Shown here piece by piece: positions 1 through 8,651 of a DNA stretch of 44,549 nucleotides (within the stretch, counting starts at the first letter, position 1; every line of letters starts with the position of its first letter). Made by a program: the position numbers and the translations under genes. Source of the DNA: Defluviitaleaceae bacterium (GTDB taxonomy: Bacteria; Bacillota; Clostridia; Lachnospirales; WRAX01); contig WQZZ01000003.1 of NCBI GenBank assembly GCA_009780485.1, positions 1 to 44,549 on the forward strand, written 5' to 3'. The notes beneath the pieces are model-generated. The model made no database searches, was not told where the DNA came from, and worked only from the letters and a program-made list of their open reading frames with translations.

Positions 1-945
1 GATGCCATGATAATTTTAAGGGCAGCAGAACCAAAGATTGAAGAAGCAAACCCCGAAAACCAGTTTCATTATCATTATAACAAAGGCATTACTTTAATGT
101 TTTTAGAAGATTACAAAGAAGCATTAAAGCACTTTTCTATGGCGTACGAGCTTGACTATGTTGAAGTAAAACCCCATGCACATATGATACATTATAATAT
201 GGGACTTTGTTATTCGAAGCTTGGTGTGTGTATTCGTGCTATAACCCAATTTGAGACAGCATATAATTTGTTGGATAGGGAACAACCTTATTATTTTGCT
301 ATGTTTATAAGCAACAATCTTAGTGTTGAATATATTAGGGCGAAGGATTTGGGGCTTGCAAAAAAGTACATAGGCAAAACCCTGCGTCTAGCAGTTAAAT
401 TAGGTGATGAGAAGCATTATCAGTTAGCCTTGCAAAATGCAGGCTGTGCTAACATAAAAGAAAATAAATTTGAAAAAGCATTGGAATATTTTGAAAAATC
501 ACTTGATTACGCAGAAGAAGGCGAAAACTCATACTTTGATACTCTATTCTATAAAATGTTTTGCCTAATCTCATCAAAACACCCATCTGCAGAATTGGAA
601 CTATCTGTAGCAATGCTAACATCTAAAGATAACAATCACTTCTTAACACTCTTTGTAGCCCTCTCTCATCTCAAAGACCTCAAAAGCGAAGAAGCTGAGG
701 ATTTCATCGAAAACTCAACCATCCCTTGGTTGATGAAAAGAAAGGAATACTACAGAATTCAGTACATATACCAGTTTATGATAAACCATTACACTGAACT
801 CGAATACGAGGATAAGGTACTTGAAGTACAAGCTAAATCCGATGACTTGTACAAAACAATGTTATTAGGAGGTGAAGAATTTGAAGAAGAAGAAGAAATT
901 GACTTGCTTTCTATTGACTTTAATACTAGTAAGCCTAGCGACTAA
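1..945 (+). CDS. TPR regulator of RRNPP-like type, 5'-truncated at the window edge; paralog of 33654-35003
   Basis: Frame open from base 1. TPR repeats (ALKHFSMAYEL, AITQFETAYNL, ALEYFEKSLDY). Long stretches are near-identical to the complete HTH-TPR on the minus strand. Confidence 0.85.
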   Translation, partial: DAMIILRAAEPKIEEANPENQFHYHYNKGITLMFLEDYKEALKHFSMAYELDYVEVKPHAHMIHYNMGLCYSKLGVCIRAITQFETAYNLLDREQPYYFAMFISNNLSVEYIRAKDLGLAKKYIGKTLRLAVKLGDEKHYQLALQNAGCANIKENKFEKALEYFEKSLDYAEEGENSYFDTLFYKMFCLISSKHPSAELELSVAMLTSKDNNHFLTLFVALSHLKDLKSEEAEDFIENSTIPWLMKRKEYYRIQYIYQFMINHYTELEYEDKVLEVQAKSDDLYKTMLLGGEEFEEEEEIDLLSIDFNTSKPSD

Positions 946-1030
946 CATGACCTTAATTGCAGAGGGACAAAGTCCACCTCTACCATACCCACACTCAATC
1001 ACCATCCCTTGTATAAACCTAGAACAATAA
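881..1030 (+). CDS. Secreted propeptide 1 (49 aa) MKKKKKLTCFLLTLILVSLATNMTLIAEGQSPPLPYPHSITIPCINLEQ
   Basis: GGAGGTG RBS at 868-874 and TTG start. Lys-rich N-region plus hydrophobic H-region. Overlaps the regulator 3' end. Four homologs in the window. Confidence 0.8.
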   Translation: MKKKKKLTCFLLTLILVSLATNMTLIAEGQSPPLPYPHSITIPCINLEQ

Positions 1031-1036
1031 CATACG

Positions 1037-1134
1037 GTAGGGGCGGGCATTGCCCGTCCCATTTCTGCTGGCACTAATCTCAATGGTTGTACGGCATTGC
1101 CTGTCGAACTGGGACGGGCAATGCCCGCCCCTAC
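1037..1134. repeat. GTAG-family REP doublet (REPIN-like), 98 bp
   Basis: GTAGGGGCGGGCATTGCCCGTCCCA ... TGGGACGGGCAATGCCCGCCCCTAC: an inverted pair, each unit GTAG plus a hairpin. Confidence 0.85.
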
Positions 1135-1258
1135 CACTCCACGCAACTGTCGATGGGGATAAACCATTACACTGAACTCGAATATGAGGATAAGGTACTT
1201 GAAGTACAAGCCAAATCTGATGATTTGTACAAAACAATGTTACTAGGAGGTGAAGAAT

Positions 1259-1408
1259 TTGAAGAAGAAGAAGAAATTGACTTGCTTTCTATTGACTTTA
1301 ATACTAGTAAGCCTAGCAACTAGCATAACCTTAATTGCAGAGAAACAGGGTCCACCTCTACCATACCCACACTCAATCACCATCCCTTGCATAAACCTAG
1401 AACAATAA
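1259..1408 (+). CDS. Secreted propeptide 2 (49 aa) MKKKKKLTCFLLTLILVSLATSITLIAEKQGPPLPYPHSITIPCINLEQ
   Basis: GGAGGTG RBS and TTG start. Intact frame. C-terminal 18 aa identical to propeptide 1. Confidence 0.78.
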   Translation: MKKKKKLTCFLLTLILVSLATSITLIAEKQGPPLPYPHSITIPCINLEQ

Positions 1409-1415
1409 CATACTG

Positions 1416-1513
1416 GTAGGGGCGGGCATTGCCCGTCCCATTTCTGCTGGCACTAATCTCAATGGTTGTACGGCATTGCCTGTCGAACTGGGACGGGCAA
1501 TGCCCGCCCCTAC
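1416..1513. repeat. GTAG-family REP doublet, 98 bp
   Basis: Identical to 1037-1134. Confidence 0.85.
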
Positions 1514-1607
1514 CATATAATACCATACCATTCCATGTAACTGTCGATGGAGATAAACCATTACACCGAACTCGACGATAAGGGTAAGGTGCTTAAAATA
1601 CAAAATA

Positions 1608-1630
1608 GTAGGGGCGGGCATTACCCGCCC
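1608..1630 (+). repeat. Single REP
   Basis: GTAGGGGCGGGCATTACCCGCCC. Confidence 0.75.
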
Positions 1631-1685
1631 TATTTATGCGGACGACACCATGAAGCATTTAATTCAAAAAAGATTAAAAAAGTCC

Positions 1686-1714
1686 TTGACACGACCGACA
1701 GATTTTGCTATAAT
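1686..1714 (+). promoter_or_regulatory. sigmaA promoter of upp
   Basis: TTGACA-17 bp-TATAAT with TG extended -10. Confidence 0.85.
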
Positions 1715-1745
1715 GCTCGAAGGATTTTTTGAGGAGGGGAAAAGG

Positions 1746-2378
1746 ATGGGAATTAGACAGGTGCAAAATCCACTTATCAACCATTATGTCGGCGTTATCC
1801 GTGATAAAGCCACAGGTAAAAATGATTTTGCAAATGCAATTGAAAGTATTGTTTATTTGATGTCCCATGACATCACGGGCAACATTGGCACCGCAAGGAA
1901 AAAGGTGATGACACCACTTGCTGAAGCTGATGTGGCCTATTTTTTTGATAAGGTGTTGATTGTGCCTATCTTGCGGGCAGGAATGGCTATGTTTGAGCCT
2001 TTGAGAAAGGTGTTGCCCATGGCGACTTTTGGATACATGGGTATTCGTCGTGGTCATAAAGATGGGGAGATTTTTGCGGATATGTATTACAAAAGCTTGC
2101 CCGATGACTTGGCAGACCACAAGGTGATTTTGACGGAAGTGGTTGTTGCCACTGGTAGCACCATTGACTATACCATCGAACATCTGTTGAAAGAAGGGGT
2201 AAAGGAAGAAAGTATCACCCTTGCCACCATCATTTCGTCCAAGCCTGGGCTGGATGGCTTGACGGCGAAGTATCCGAAAGTTAACATTTTAACCTGTGCC
2301 ATTGATGAAATTCTTGATGAAAGGGGCTATATTATCCCTGGACTTGGGGATGCTGGTGACCGTTATAACGGATGCTAA
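1746..2378 (+). CDS. upp: Uracil phosphoribosyltransferase
   Basis: VPILRAG and GYIIPGLGDAGDR motifs. RBS GAGGAGGG before ATG 1746. Adjacent to a uracil permease. Confidence 0.9.
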   Translation: MGIRQVQNPLINHYVGVIRDKATGKNDFANAIESIVYLMSHDITGNIGTARKKVMTPLAEADVAYFFDKVLIVPILRAGMAMFEPLRKVLPMATFGYMGIRRGHKDGEIFADMYYKSLPDDLADHKVILTEVVVATGSTIDYTIEHLLKEGVKEESITLATIISSKPGLDGLTAKYPKVNILTCAIDEILDERGYIIPGLGDAGDRYNGC

Positions 2379-2422
2379 TAAAAGCTAAGTGTGCTAAATA
2401 ACAAAATATCGGAGGAATTAAA

Positions 2423-3772
2423 ATGTCTGGAAGAGAACATCCGAAAATGAACCCAGCAAAAATGGCAATTATGGGCTTGCAACATATGTTTGCCATGTTT
2501 GGGGCAACCATTCTTGTGCCGCTTTTGACGGGTCTTAGTGTCCAAGTTACTTTGATTGCGGTTGGTGTCGGCACGTTGATTTTTCATTTCTTTAGTAAAA
2601 GTCGTGTGCCTGCCTTTCTCGGTTCGTCCTTTGCTTTTATGGTTGGTATTAACTTGATTACAGACCCTAATGGCGGTTTGTTTGCCTATCGTTTTACGGA
2701 GGGTATGGACAGTGCGGCTCATATCCAAGCCATTTTGCCATATGCAACGGGTGGTATTTTGGTGTCGGGTTTGTTGTATCTGGTGTTTGCTTTGTTGGTA
2801 AAAGTGGTTGGTGTTAAGAATTTTATGAAATTTCTGCCCCCTGTGGTTACAGCTCCAACGGTAATACTAATCGGTATCATGCTTGCACCTTTCGCCATCA
2901 ACCAATCTCGAAGTCATATTTTGTTAGCTGTCATAACCCTTGGTATTGTGGTGGTTGCTGCATCTTGGGGTAAAGGCATGGTAAAAATTATCCCGATTTT
3001 GCTTGGTCTGGCGGGAGCTTATGTGATTGCATTGATTATGACTGCATTTGGTGCAGAAATTTACGCTGGTGGTGGCGTGTATGAGCCATTGGTAAACTTT
3101 GCAGGGGCTTCTGAAGCCAGTTTGTTCGGTTTGCCACCCTTTATGATGCCAAGGTTTAACATTTTTGCAATACTGGTGATGATACCGTTTGCACTTGCCA
3201 CCATTGCAGAACACGTGGGTGATATGGTTGCCCTTGGTTCTATCGCTGACGACAATTTTGTGGAAGACCCAGGCTTATCCCGCACTTTAATTGGTGATGG
3301 TGTTGCCTCTATGTTTTCTGGTTTAATCGGTGGTCCTGCCAGCACAACATATGGCGAGAATGTGGGTGTTGTAGCACTTACACGTGTGTTTAATCCACGT
3401 GTTGTACAGCTTGCTGCCATTTACGCTGTAATTCTTGGTTTTTCACCACTTTTCGAGGTGGTAATCCGCTCTATCCCCGACGCAATTATTGGCGGTGCAT
3501 CCTTCATGCTTTACGGTATGATTGCTGCTGTGGGTATACGAAACTTGGTAGAATCCCGCACCGACATGAGTAAAACCAAAAACTTAACAATTGTTGCCGT
3601 GATGATGGTTACAGGTCTTGGTCTACGTTTCGGGCAACCTATATTCTTTGAAATTGCTGGCACAAATGTGCCAATTGATAGGATGGGTGTCGCTATCGCT
3701 GTGATTTTAGGTGTTATCCTAAATGTCATTCTGCCCGATGATAAAAAAGATAAGGCTATAAAAGAGAAGTGA
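2423..3772 (+). CDS. uraA: Uracil/xanthine permease (NCS2, UraA/PyrP-like)
   Basis: GLQHMFAMFGATILVP, FLGSSFAF and TTYGENVGV signatures. Confidence 0.9.
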   Translation: MSGREHPKMNPAKMAIMGLQHMFAMFGATILVPLLTGLSVQVTLIAVGVGTLIFHFFSKSRVPAFLGSSFAFMVGINLITDPNGGLFAYRFTEGMDSAAHIQAILPYATGGILVSGLLYLVFALLVKVVGVKNFMKFLPPVVTAPTVILIGIMLAPFAINQSRSHILLAVITLGIVVVAASWGKGMVKIIPILLGLAGAYVIALIMTAFGAEIYAGGGVYEPLVNFAGASEASLFGLPPFMMPRFNIFAILVMIPFALATIAEHVGDMVALGSIADDNFVEDPGLSRTLIGDGVASMFSGLIGGPASTTYGENVGVVALTRVFNPRVVQLAAIYAVILGFSPLFEVVIRSIPDAIIGGASFMLYGMIAAVGIRNLVESRTDMSKTKNLTIVAVMMVTGLGLRFGQPIFFEIAGTNVPIDRMGVAIAVILGVILNVILPDDKKDKAIKEK

Positions 3773-3782
3773 TAAATTGAGT

Positions 3783-3823
3783 AAAAAACACCATCACATT
3801 CCTTCATTGTGGTGGTGTTTTTT
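3783..3823 (+). terminator. Rho-independent terminator
   Basis: AAAAAACACCATCACA/TGTGGTGGTGTTTTTT stem with T tract. Confidence 0.75.
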
Positions 3824-3896
3824 GTTTGTTGTCCATTCACGTGTACAAGACTTGTGTAATATATTGATGTGTGAGCGTTTTGGTGGGGTGATGTGG

Positions 3897-4649
3897 ATGA
3901 GTGAGAAAAAGTCCGTTGTGGATTTGGTGGATGTTTCTATGAATTACCACTCTAGGGAAGGGGAGACCCAAGCTGTTTCGGGGATTAACCTTTCTGTTGG
4001 GGTGGGGGAGTTTGTCAGTGTTGTTGGACCTTCGGGTTGTGGCAAATCCACTATTTTATCGCTTATTGCTGGTCTTATTGCTCCCACAACTGGTCGGGTG
4101 GAGGTGGCTGGTCGGGTTGGTTATATGTTTCAGCGGGACCAGCTTTTTCCATGGCGTACCATTCTGAACAATGTGTTGTTGGGGTTGGAGATACAAAAAA
4201 ACAAATCCGACGAAGCCATAAAACACGCCCACCAAATGCTGGAAAAGTATGGACTTGGGGACTTCAAAAACCATCGCCCTAAAGAATTGTCGGGGGGGAT
4301 GCGTCAGCGGGCAGCTTTAATCCGTACCCTTGCAGCCCGTCCCAAAATTTTGTTGCTAGATGAGCCGTTTTCGGCTTTGGATTATCAAACACGCTTGTCG
4401 GTTAGTGACGAGGTGGGGGGTATTATCGCCGCAGAGGGTGTCACCGCAATCCTTGTAACCCACGATATTTCCGAGGCAATAGCCCTTAGTGGGCGTGTGG
4501 TGGTGCTTTCCAAACGCCCCGCTAGTGTGATTAACATTCATAAAATTGAATTTGAAAAGGAATTTGACACACCAACGGCTCGCCGTAAGTCGCCTAAATT
4601 CCCAGAGTATTTTGAAAGGATTTGGAAGGAGATGAGAGAGGATGAGTAA
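3897..4649 (+). CDS. NitT/TauT-family ABC transporter ATP-binding protein
   Basis: GPSGCGKS, LSGGMRQR, LLLDEPFSALD. Start set at ATG 3897. Confidence 0.9.
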   Translation: MSEKKSVVDLVDVSMNYHSREGETQAVSGINLSVGVGEFVSVVGPSGCGKSTILSLIAGLIAPTTGRVEVAGRVGYMFQRDQLFPWRTILNNVLLGLEIQKNKSDEAIKHAHQMLEKYGLGDFKNHRPKELSGGMRQRAALIRTLAARPKILLLDEPFSALDYQTRLSVSDEVGGIIAAEGVTAILVTHDISEAIALSGRVVVLSKRPASVINIHKIEFEKEFDTPTARRKSPKFPEYFERIWKEMREDE

Positions 4650-5433
4650 AGCACAAATCGCCTTCCTAAAGGGGCTTCGGCGTCGAAAAAAGTTGGTTGC
4701 CACCTGTCAAATCCTAATTTTGGTGTCATTTTTTGGGCTGTGGGAACTGGCAGCGGGCTTAGGTTGGATAGAGGCTTTTATTTTCAGCTCTCCCAGTAGA
4801 ATGTGGCGTATGCTTTTGTCTATGATAGAGCGGGGGGAATTGTTTAACCATATTTGGGTGACTGGCGGACAGGTGATGGCGGGGTTTGCACTGGGTACAG
4901 TTATGGGTATCGCCGTTGCAACTTGTTTGTGGGCAAATGATTTTACAAGGCGGGTATTAAACCCCTACTTAGTGGTGTTTAACGCCCTACCAAAAACAGC
5001 CCTTGCCCCCATCATTATTGTGTGGATGGGTAACAACCCACGTGCCATAATCGTGACAGCATTGCTGATTTCTGTGGTGGTCACAATCTTAAATGTGTTG
5101 ACGGGTTTTACCCAAGTAGAGGAGGATAAAATTCGTCTTGCCCAAAGCTTTGGTGCAAACAAGATACAAACCCTCATAAAAGTGGTCTTTCCTGCATCTG
5201 TTCCAGACATTATCAATGCCATAAAAATCAACATAGGTTTGTCATTTGTTGGTGTCATTGTTGGCGAATTCTTGGTCGCACAGGCTGGTCTCGGTTTTCT
5301 TATTGTTTATGGCAGTCAAATTTTCCGAATGGATATGGTTATGTTGTCTATTCTTGTGCTATGCTGTCTAGCCGCTGTTTTCTATGCCGTAATTACCATA
5401 ATTGAGAAGCGATTTGCAAACTGGGTTGAATAA
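4642..5433 (+). CDS. NitT/TauT-family ABC permease
   Basis: Multiple TM segments. SSPS, AQSFGA (EAA-like loop) and GVIVGEFLVAQAGLG motifs. Overlaps the ATPase stop. Confidence 0.9.
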   Translation: MSKAQIAFLKGLRRRKKLVATCQILILVSFFGLWELAAGLGWIEAFIFSSPSRMWRMLLSMIERGELFNHIWVTGGQVMAGFALGTVMGIAVATCLWANDFTRRVLNPYLVVFNALPKTALAPIIIVWMGNNPRAIIVTALLISVVVTILNVLTGFTQVEEDKIRLAQSFGANKIQTLIKVVFPASVPDIINAIKINIGLSFVGVIVGEFLVAQAGLGFLIVYGSQIFRMDMVMLSILVLCCLAAVFYAVITIIEKRFANWVE

Positions 5434-5516
5434 CCTTGTGCAAAAATTAGCTATATGATATAATTTAAGAAAAACCGCCAACACCTATTTGTTTTTGGCG
5501 GTTATGATTTTACATA

Positions 5517-6305
5517 GTGAGGGTGAGGATATTGGACAAAATTAGAGAAATTGGCTCAAGCTCTATGTTCTTTGTTGCGGTGGGACTGTATACCCTATCA
5601 GCCATTTTAAGTACAGTGGATGTTTTTCTTGTGTTTATCCCAGCATTTTCCGTTGATGCCTTCATGGCTTTTGGTGGTTTTGTGGGTGGCGTGTTTGGGG
5701 TGATTGTGACTGCCTTACCAGTTATCGCATTATGGTTATTTTTGGATGCCAGCAAAAATACAGAAAGCATCAATGTGGATGGTAAAAAAGTTTTAACTGG
5801 ATTAAAGTTGGCTCGCATTTCTTTAATTATTAATATCTGCCTTATTGGTATATTAGTGGTGTTTGGTTTAATTACCATTTTTTTATCAATGCTACTTGAA
5901 GAGGCGAGCAACCTTTTGTTTGCAAGCGGACTTTTGATTATATTCACCAGTGGTATCGCCATCTTACAGCTAGTCTTGGCTATGGGCTTGGTCAAAGGTT
6001 TGCGGGATGGGCTTTATAGAGGATATTTCAAACCCCTTCCAAGGTCATCGGCTTTTACGGTGGTGGTAACTATCCAAATTTTATTGGCTATTATTATGAT
6101 GTTTTTGTCACCCAATCTGCTTTCAGGCATGGGTGTGGAGCAGGAGTGGATTGATATAATTGGAGCGGAATTCGCCAGCGGTCTAAGCATTGGAACATTT
6201 GCATCTCTGTCAAGTATTTTGGCAATGGGTCTGTTTTTGATATTACTTCGTCAGTTCAATGATGCCGTAAAAGACGACACACAACCGCCTTTTACAAACT
6301 TATAA
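5517..6305 (+). CDS. Hypothetical multi-pass membrane protein
   Basis: About 6 hydrophobic segments. Candidate TTGTGC-17-TATAAT promoter at 5436-5464. Confidence 0.7.
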   Translation: MRVRILDKIREIGSSSMFFVAVGLYTLSAILSTVDVFLVFIPAFSVDAFMAFGGFVGGVFGVIVTALPVIALWLFLDASKNTESINVDGKKVLTGLKLARISLIINICLIGILVVFGLITIFLSMLLEEASNLLFASGLLIIFTSGIAILQLVLAMGLVKGLRDGLYRGYFKPLPRSSAFTVVVTIQILLAIIMMFLSPNLLSGMGVEQEWIDIIGAEFASGLSIGTFASLSSILAMGLFLILLRQFNDAVKDDTQPPFTNL

Positions 6306-6418
6306 AAACCGAAATAATCACCATTGCACATTTGTCGCAATGGTTTTTTATATTTTTTGCAATAAATCTTAATGCGGTACGCCTTTATATATCAAAGGGC
6401 AAAAGAAGGGGGTGCAAA

Positions 6419-6934
6419 ATGGAGGATTTGCGAGAGGAGTTGCTGATATATGTCCGTAAAAAGTTTTACACAAGACCTAATATCATAGAAATGGCTGATG
6501 AAGTTGTTAATCAAGCATTTTTGGATGTGGGTAAGGCGACAAATTTTACGCCAGAGCATTATAACTTTGGTTATATGTCCACCGCCTGTATCCGTGTGGC
6601 TTACAAATTGTTTCATAAGACCGACAAGGAAGCGGAGCGGACTGTGGGTTACGAACAAACAACCCCGCTGGTGGACGAAGGATGTTTTGTTAGAGACATT
6701 GAAAAAGCCGAAGATACATCGTTTATCTTGCAATCCCTGCAAACTTTGAAGGATGTAGAGAAGGTAATTGTAGAACAGCGATATTATGGCGACTTTACTT
6801 TCAAAGAAATTGCGGAGCGGACGGGTATCAACCTTAACACAGTGTTATCCCATCACCGCCGTGCTTTGGAGCGACTGCGACCAGTATTTACAAAATATTT
6901 CAATTATAATGAAGGAGGAAGTTATTATGACTAA
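6419..6934 (+). CDS. ECF-type sigma-70 factor
   Basis: Region 2 ADEVVNQAF and region 4 TFKEIAERTGINLNTVLSHHRRA. Confidence 0.85.
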   Translation: MEDLREELLIYVRKKFYTRPNIIEMADEVVNQAFLDVGKATNFTPEHYNFGYMSTACIRVAYKLFHKTDKEAERTVGYEQTTPLVDEGCFVRDIEKAEDTSFILQSLQTLKDVEKVIVEQRYYGDFTFKEIAERTGINLNTVLSHHRRALERLRPVFTKYFNYNEGGSYYD

Positions 6935-7751
6935 CCAAAAAAAGATTTACTTGTGTGAGCAACAGGCTAATAGGCTGTGGAGTGTAGTAATGGGGCTTGG
7001 ACAGGAAGCGGCAAGGGCTGGCAATTTCGGGCGTGGTTACGCCGTTGTTGCCCACGAAGCTCGCTTTGTGGCAGAAAAGCTTTTCGAGGGAATTGCTAAT
7101 GCGAAATTTGATGATGATGGCGACCAGCTATTTTACCTCGTCAAAGAATTAGCCTTGGAGTTGGGTTATTTAGCAGTTAATGGTGAATTGGAGATTTTAA
7201 GGATTACGGAAACCGACAATACCATGAGCAACAACAAGGCTATGCTTGTGTGTGTGTCGGAATTGCAAGCTGTCGCCTTTGCCTTGGCAGAGATTGTGGA
7301 AGAAGAAATTTGGCACAAATCTAGCATTATCACAGAAGTCAATAACCCAATCAAGTCCTGTCGTGTGTTTATCCATGCTTTTCGCTTTAATGTGGGTGGC
7401 GTGGCACTTGTGGAGCATTGTGCCAATGTTTTAGAGGTCATCCACAGCCCAAAGATGGATGATGCGGGTAAAAATGTGATACTTAGGGGCAAGGAGTTGC
7501 CTATCGTGGACTTGTATCAGCGATTTGGACTTAATGTGTCTGCTGATGTTGGTTCTGTGATGATTATTAAGTCAAAAGGCGGTAATTTGGCTGTGCCAAT
7601 TGATATGGTGGACACAAGTCCATTTTTCTACACACCAATCGGACAAAATGTTGCCCCAGAAGCTGGCAATATCTTCGCTGACTACTCAAGAGGGTGCTGG
7701 GATGCAGTTGGTGGCGGTCAAATGATATTCCTCGACTGGGAAAGACTATAA
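6927..7751 (+). CDS. MCP signalling-tip/CheW-like fusion protein
   Basis: EAARAGNFGRGYAVVAHEAR (MCP hairpin tip) and C-terminal LRGKELPIVDL...LAVPIDMV (CheW-like). RBS AAGGAGG. Confidence 0.7.
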   Translation: MTNQKKIYLCEQQANRLWSVVMGLGQEAARAGNFGRGYAVVAHEARFVAEKLFEGIANAKFDDDGDQLFYLVKELALELGYLAVNGELEILRITETDNTMSNNKAMLVCVSELQAVAFALAEIVEEEIWHKSSIITEVNNPIKSCRVFIHAFRFNVGGVALVEHCANVLEVIHSPKMDDAGKNVILRGKELPIVDLYQRFGLNVSADVGSVMIIKSKGGNLAVPIDMVDTSPFFYTPIGQNVAPEAGNIFADYSRGCWDAVGGGQMIFLDWERL

Positions 7752-7756
7752 CCTTG

Positions 7757-7869
7757 GTAGGGGCGAGCATTGCTCGCCCCATTCCTGTTGGCAATATTCT
7801 TTGGGGCTGGACGGTATCGTCTACATAAGTGGGGCGGGCAATAACGGTTTTGACGGGACCCGCCCCCAC
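7757..7869. repeat. Diverged REP doublet
   Basis: GTAGGGGCGAGCATTGCTCGCCC carries a compensatory change. The right REP has an extended loop. Confidence 0.75.
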
Positions 7870-7925
7870 CAGTGGTTCGTTTGTATAAAATTGTAAATGC
7901 CCGCAACACATATTGTGTAACCATC

Positions 7926-8651
7926 TTAGCCTTTCAAGCCTTTTTTGGCGTAGACCAAGGCGAAGATGATACCCAAAACTATCACATTACCCCACATTAT
8001 AGCGAAAGAATTCCATAGAGGTGCAGTTGAGTTGCCCGCCAAATAATCCGCAACCACATTAAGCTGTTGTGTGTAAAATGGGTGTAATATGCGTGCAACC
8101 GTATCATTAAATTGTGCCATCATAGGTCCAAAGCCCAAAACCATGGCAATAGGCATGGACAATGCGGTAGATGATTGCTGACCTTTGCTCAAAATTCCTA
8201 TGGTTGCACCCAAAACAATAGATGCAGCAACACCAGACATGATGCCCCCAGCAAAAATCCAAAAATCTGCACCCGAAAAGTCACTGATAAAGCCAAATAT
8301 TACCGATGTAACCATGCTGACTACAAGAACAACACCACCGACACCAAGTAGATAAGGTGCTGGTTTCATACCTGCCATACGAAGAAAACGCAGGCTTTTT
8401 TTCTCAATATCTTCAGCTATGATACTGGCAACCATAGGTATCAACGCCATGCCTGCAAAAGCCGTAGCCATCATTGTCACCATATTAGGCATACTTGCCA
8501 ACATTTCTTCGGTGAAATAATATTCGTCAAAGTTTAATATGGCTGTCATAGCAAATGCCACCAGTGGGAAAATCAAAAACTGGATAAGCGATTCTGGGTT
8601 TCTTAAAATACCCTTTGCTTGCTTCTTAAAAATGGCTTTAACATTATTCAT
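7926..8651 (-). CDS. ABC-2 type exporter permease
   Basis: 6 TM pattern, IAEDIEKKSLRFL, downstream of the ATPase. Confidence 0.85.
   Translation of the reverse strand: MNNVKAIFKKQAKGILRNPESLIQFLIFPLVAFAMTAILNFDEYYFTEEMLASMPNMVTMMATAFAGMALIPMVASIIAEDIEKKSLRFLRMAGMKPAPYLLGVGGVVLVVSMVTSVIFGFISDFSGADFWIFAGGIMSGVAASIVLGATIGILSKGQQSSTALSMPIAMVLGFGPMMAQFNDTVARILHPFYTQQLNVVADYLAGNSTAPLWNSFAIMWGNVIVLGIIFALVYAKKGLKG

Larger units (their letters stand above)
781..1630 (+). repeat. Tandem units (378 bp, 394 bp, and a truncated third) of regulator 3' end + propeptide + REP doublet
   Basis: ATAAACCATTACAC recurs at 781, 1159 and 1553. Confidence 0.9.

Noticed and set aside
781-1630. Diversity-generating retroelement (TR/VR pair)
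   Set aside because: Differences between copies are mostly C/T synonymous changes, not adenine-specific, and no reverse transcriptase is in the window.
1037-1630. CRISPR array
   Set aside because: Repeats alternate in orientation, the intervening sequences are identical rather than unique, and there are no cas genes.
865-1732. ORFs 865-1209, 1019-1237, 1087-1323, 1397-1621 and 1547-1732, and similar ORFs at 33056-33432 and 7567-7911
   Set aside because: They are translations of REP palindromes (VGAGIARP, GRAMPAPT) or of duplicated receptor ends, with no convincing RBS or start.
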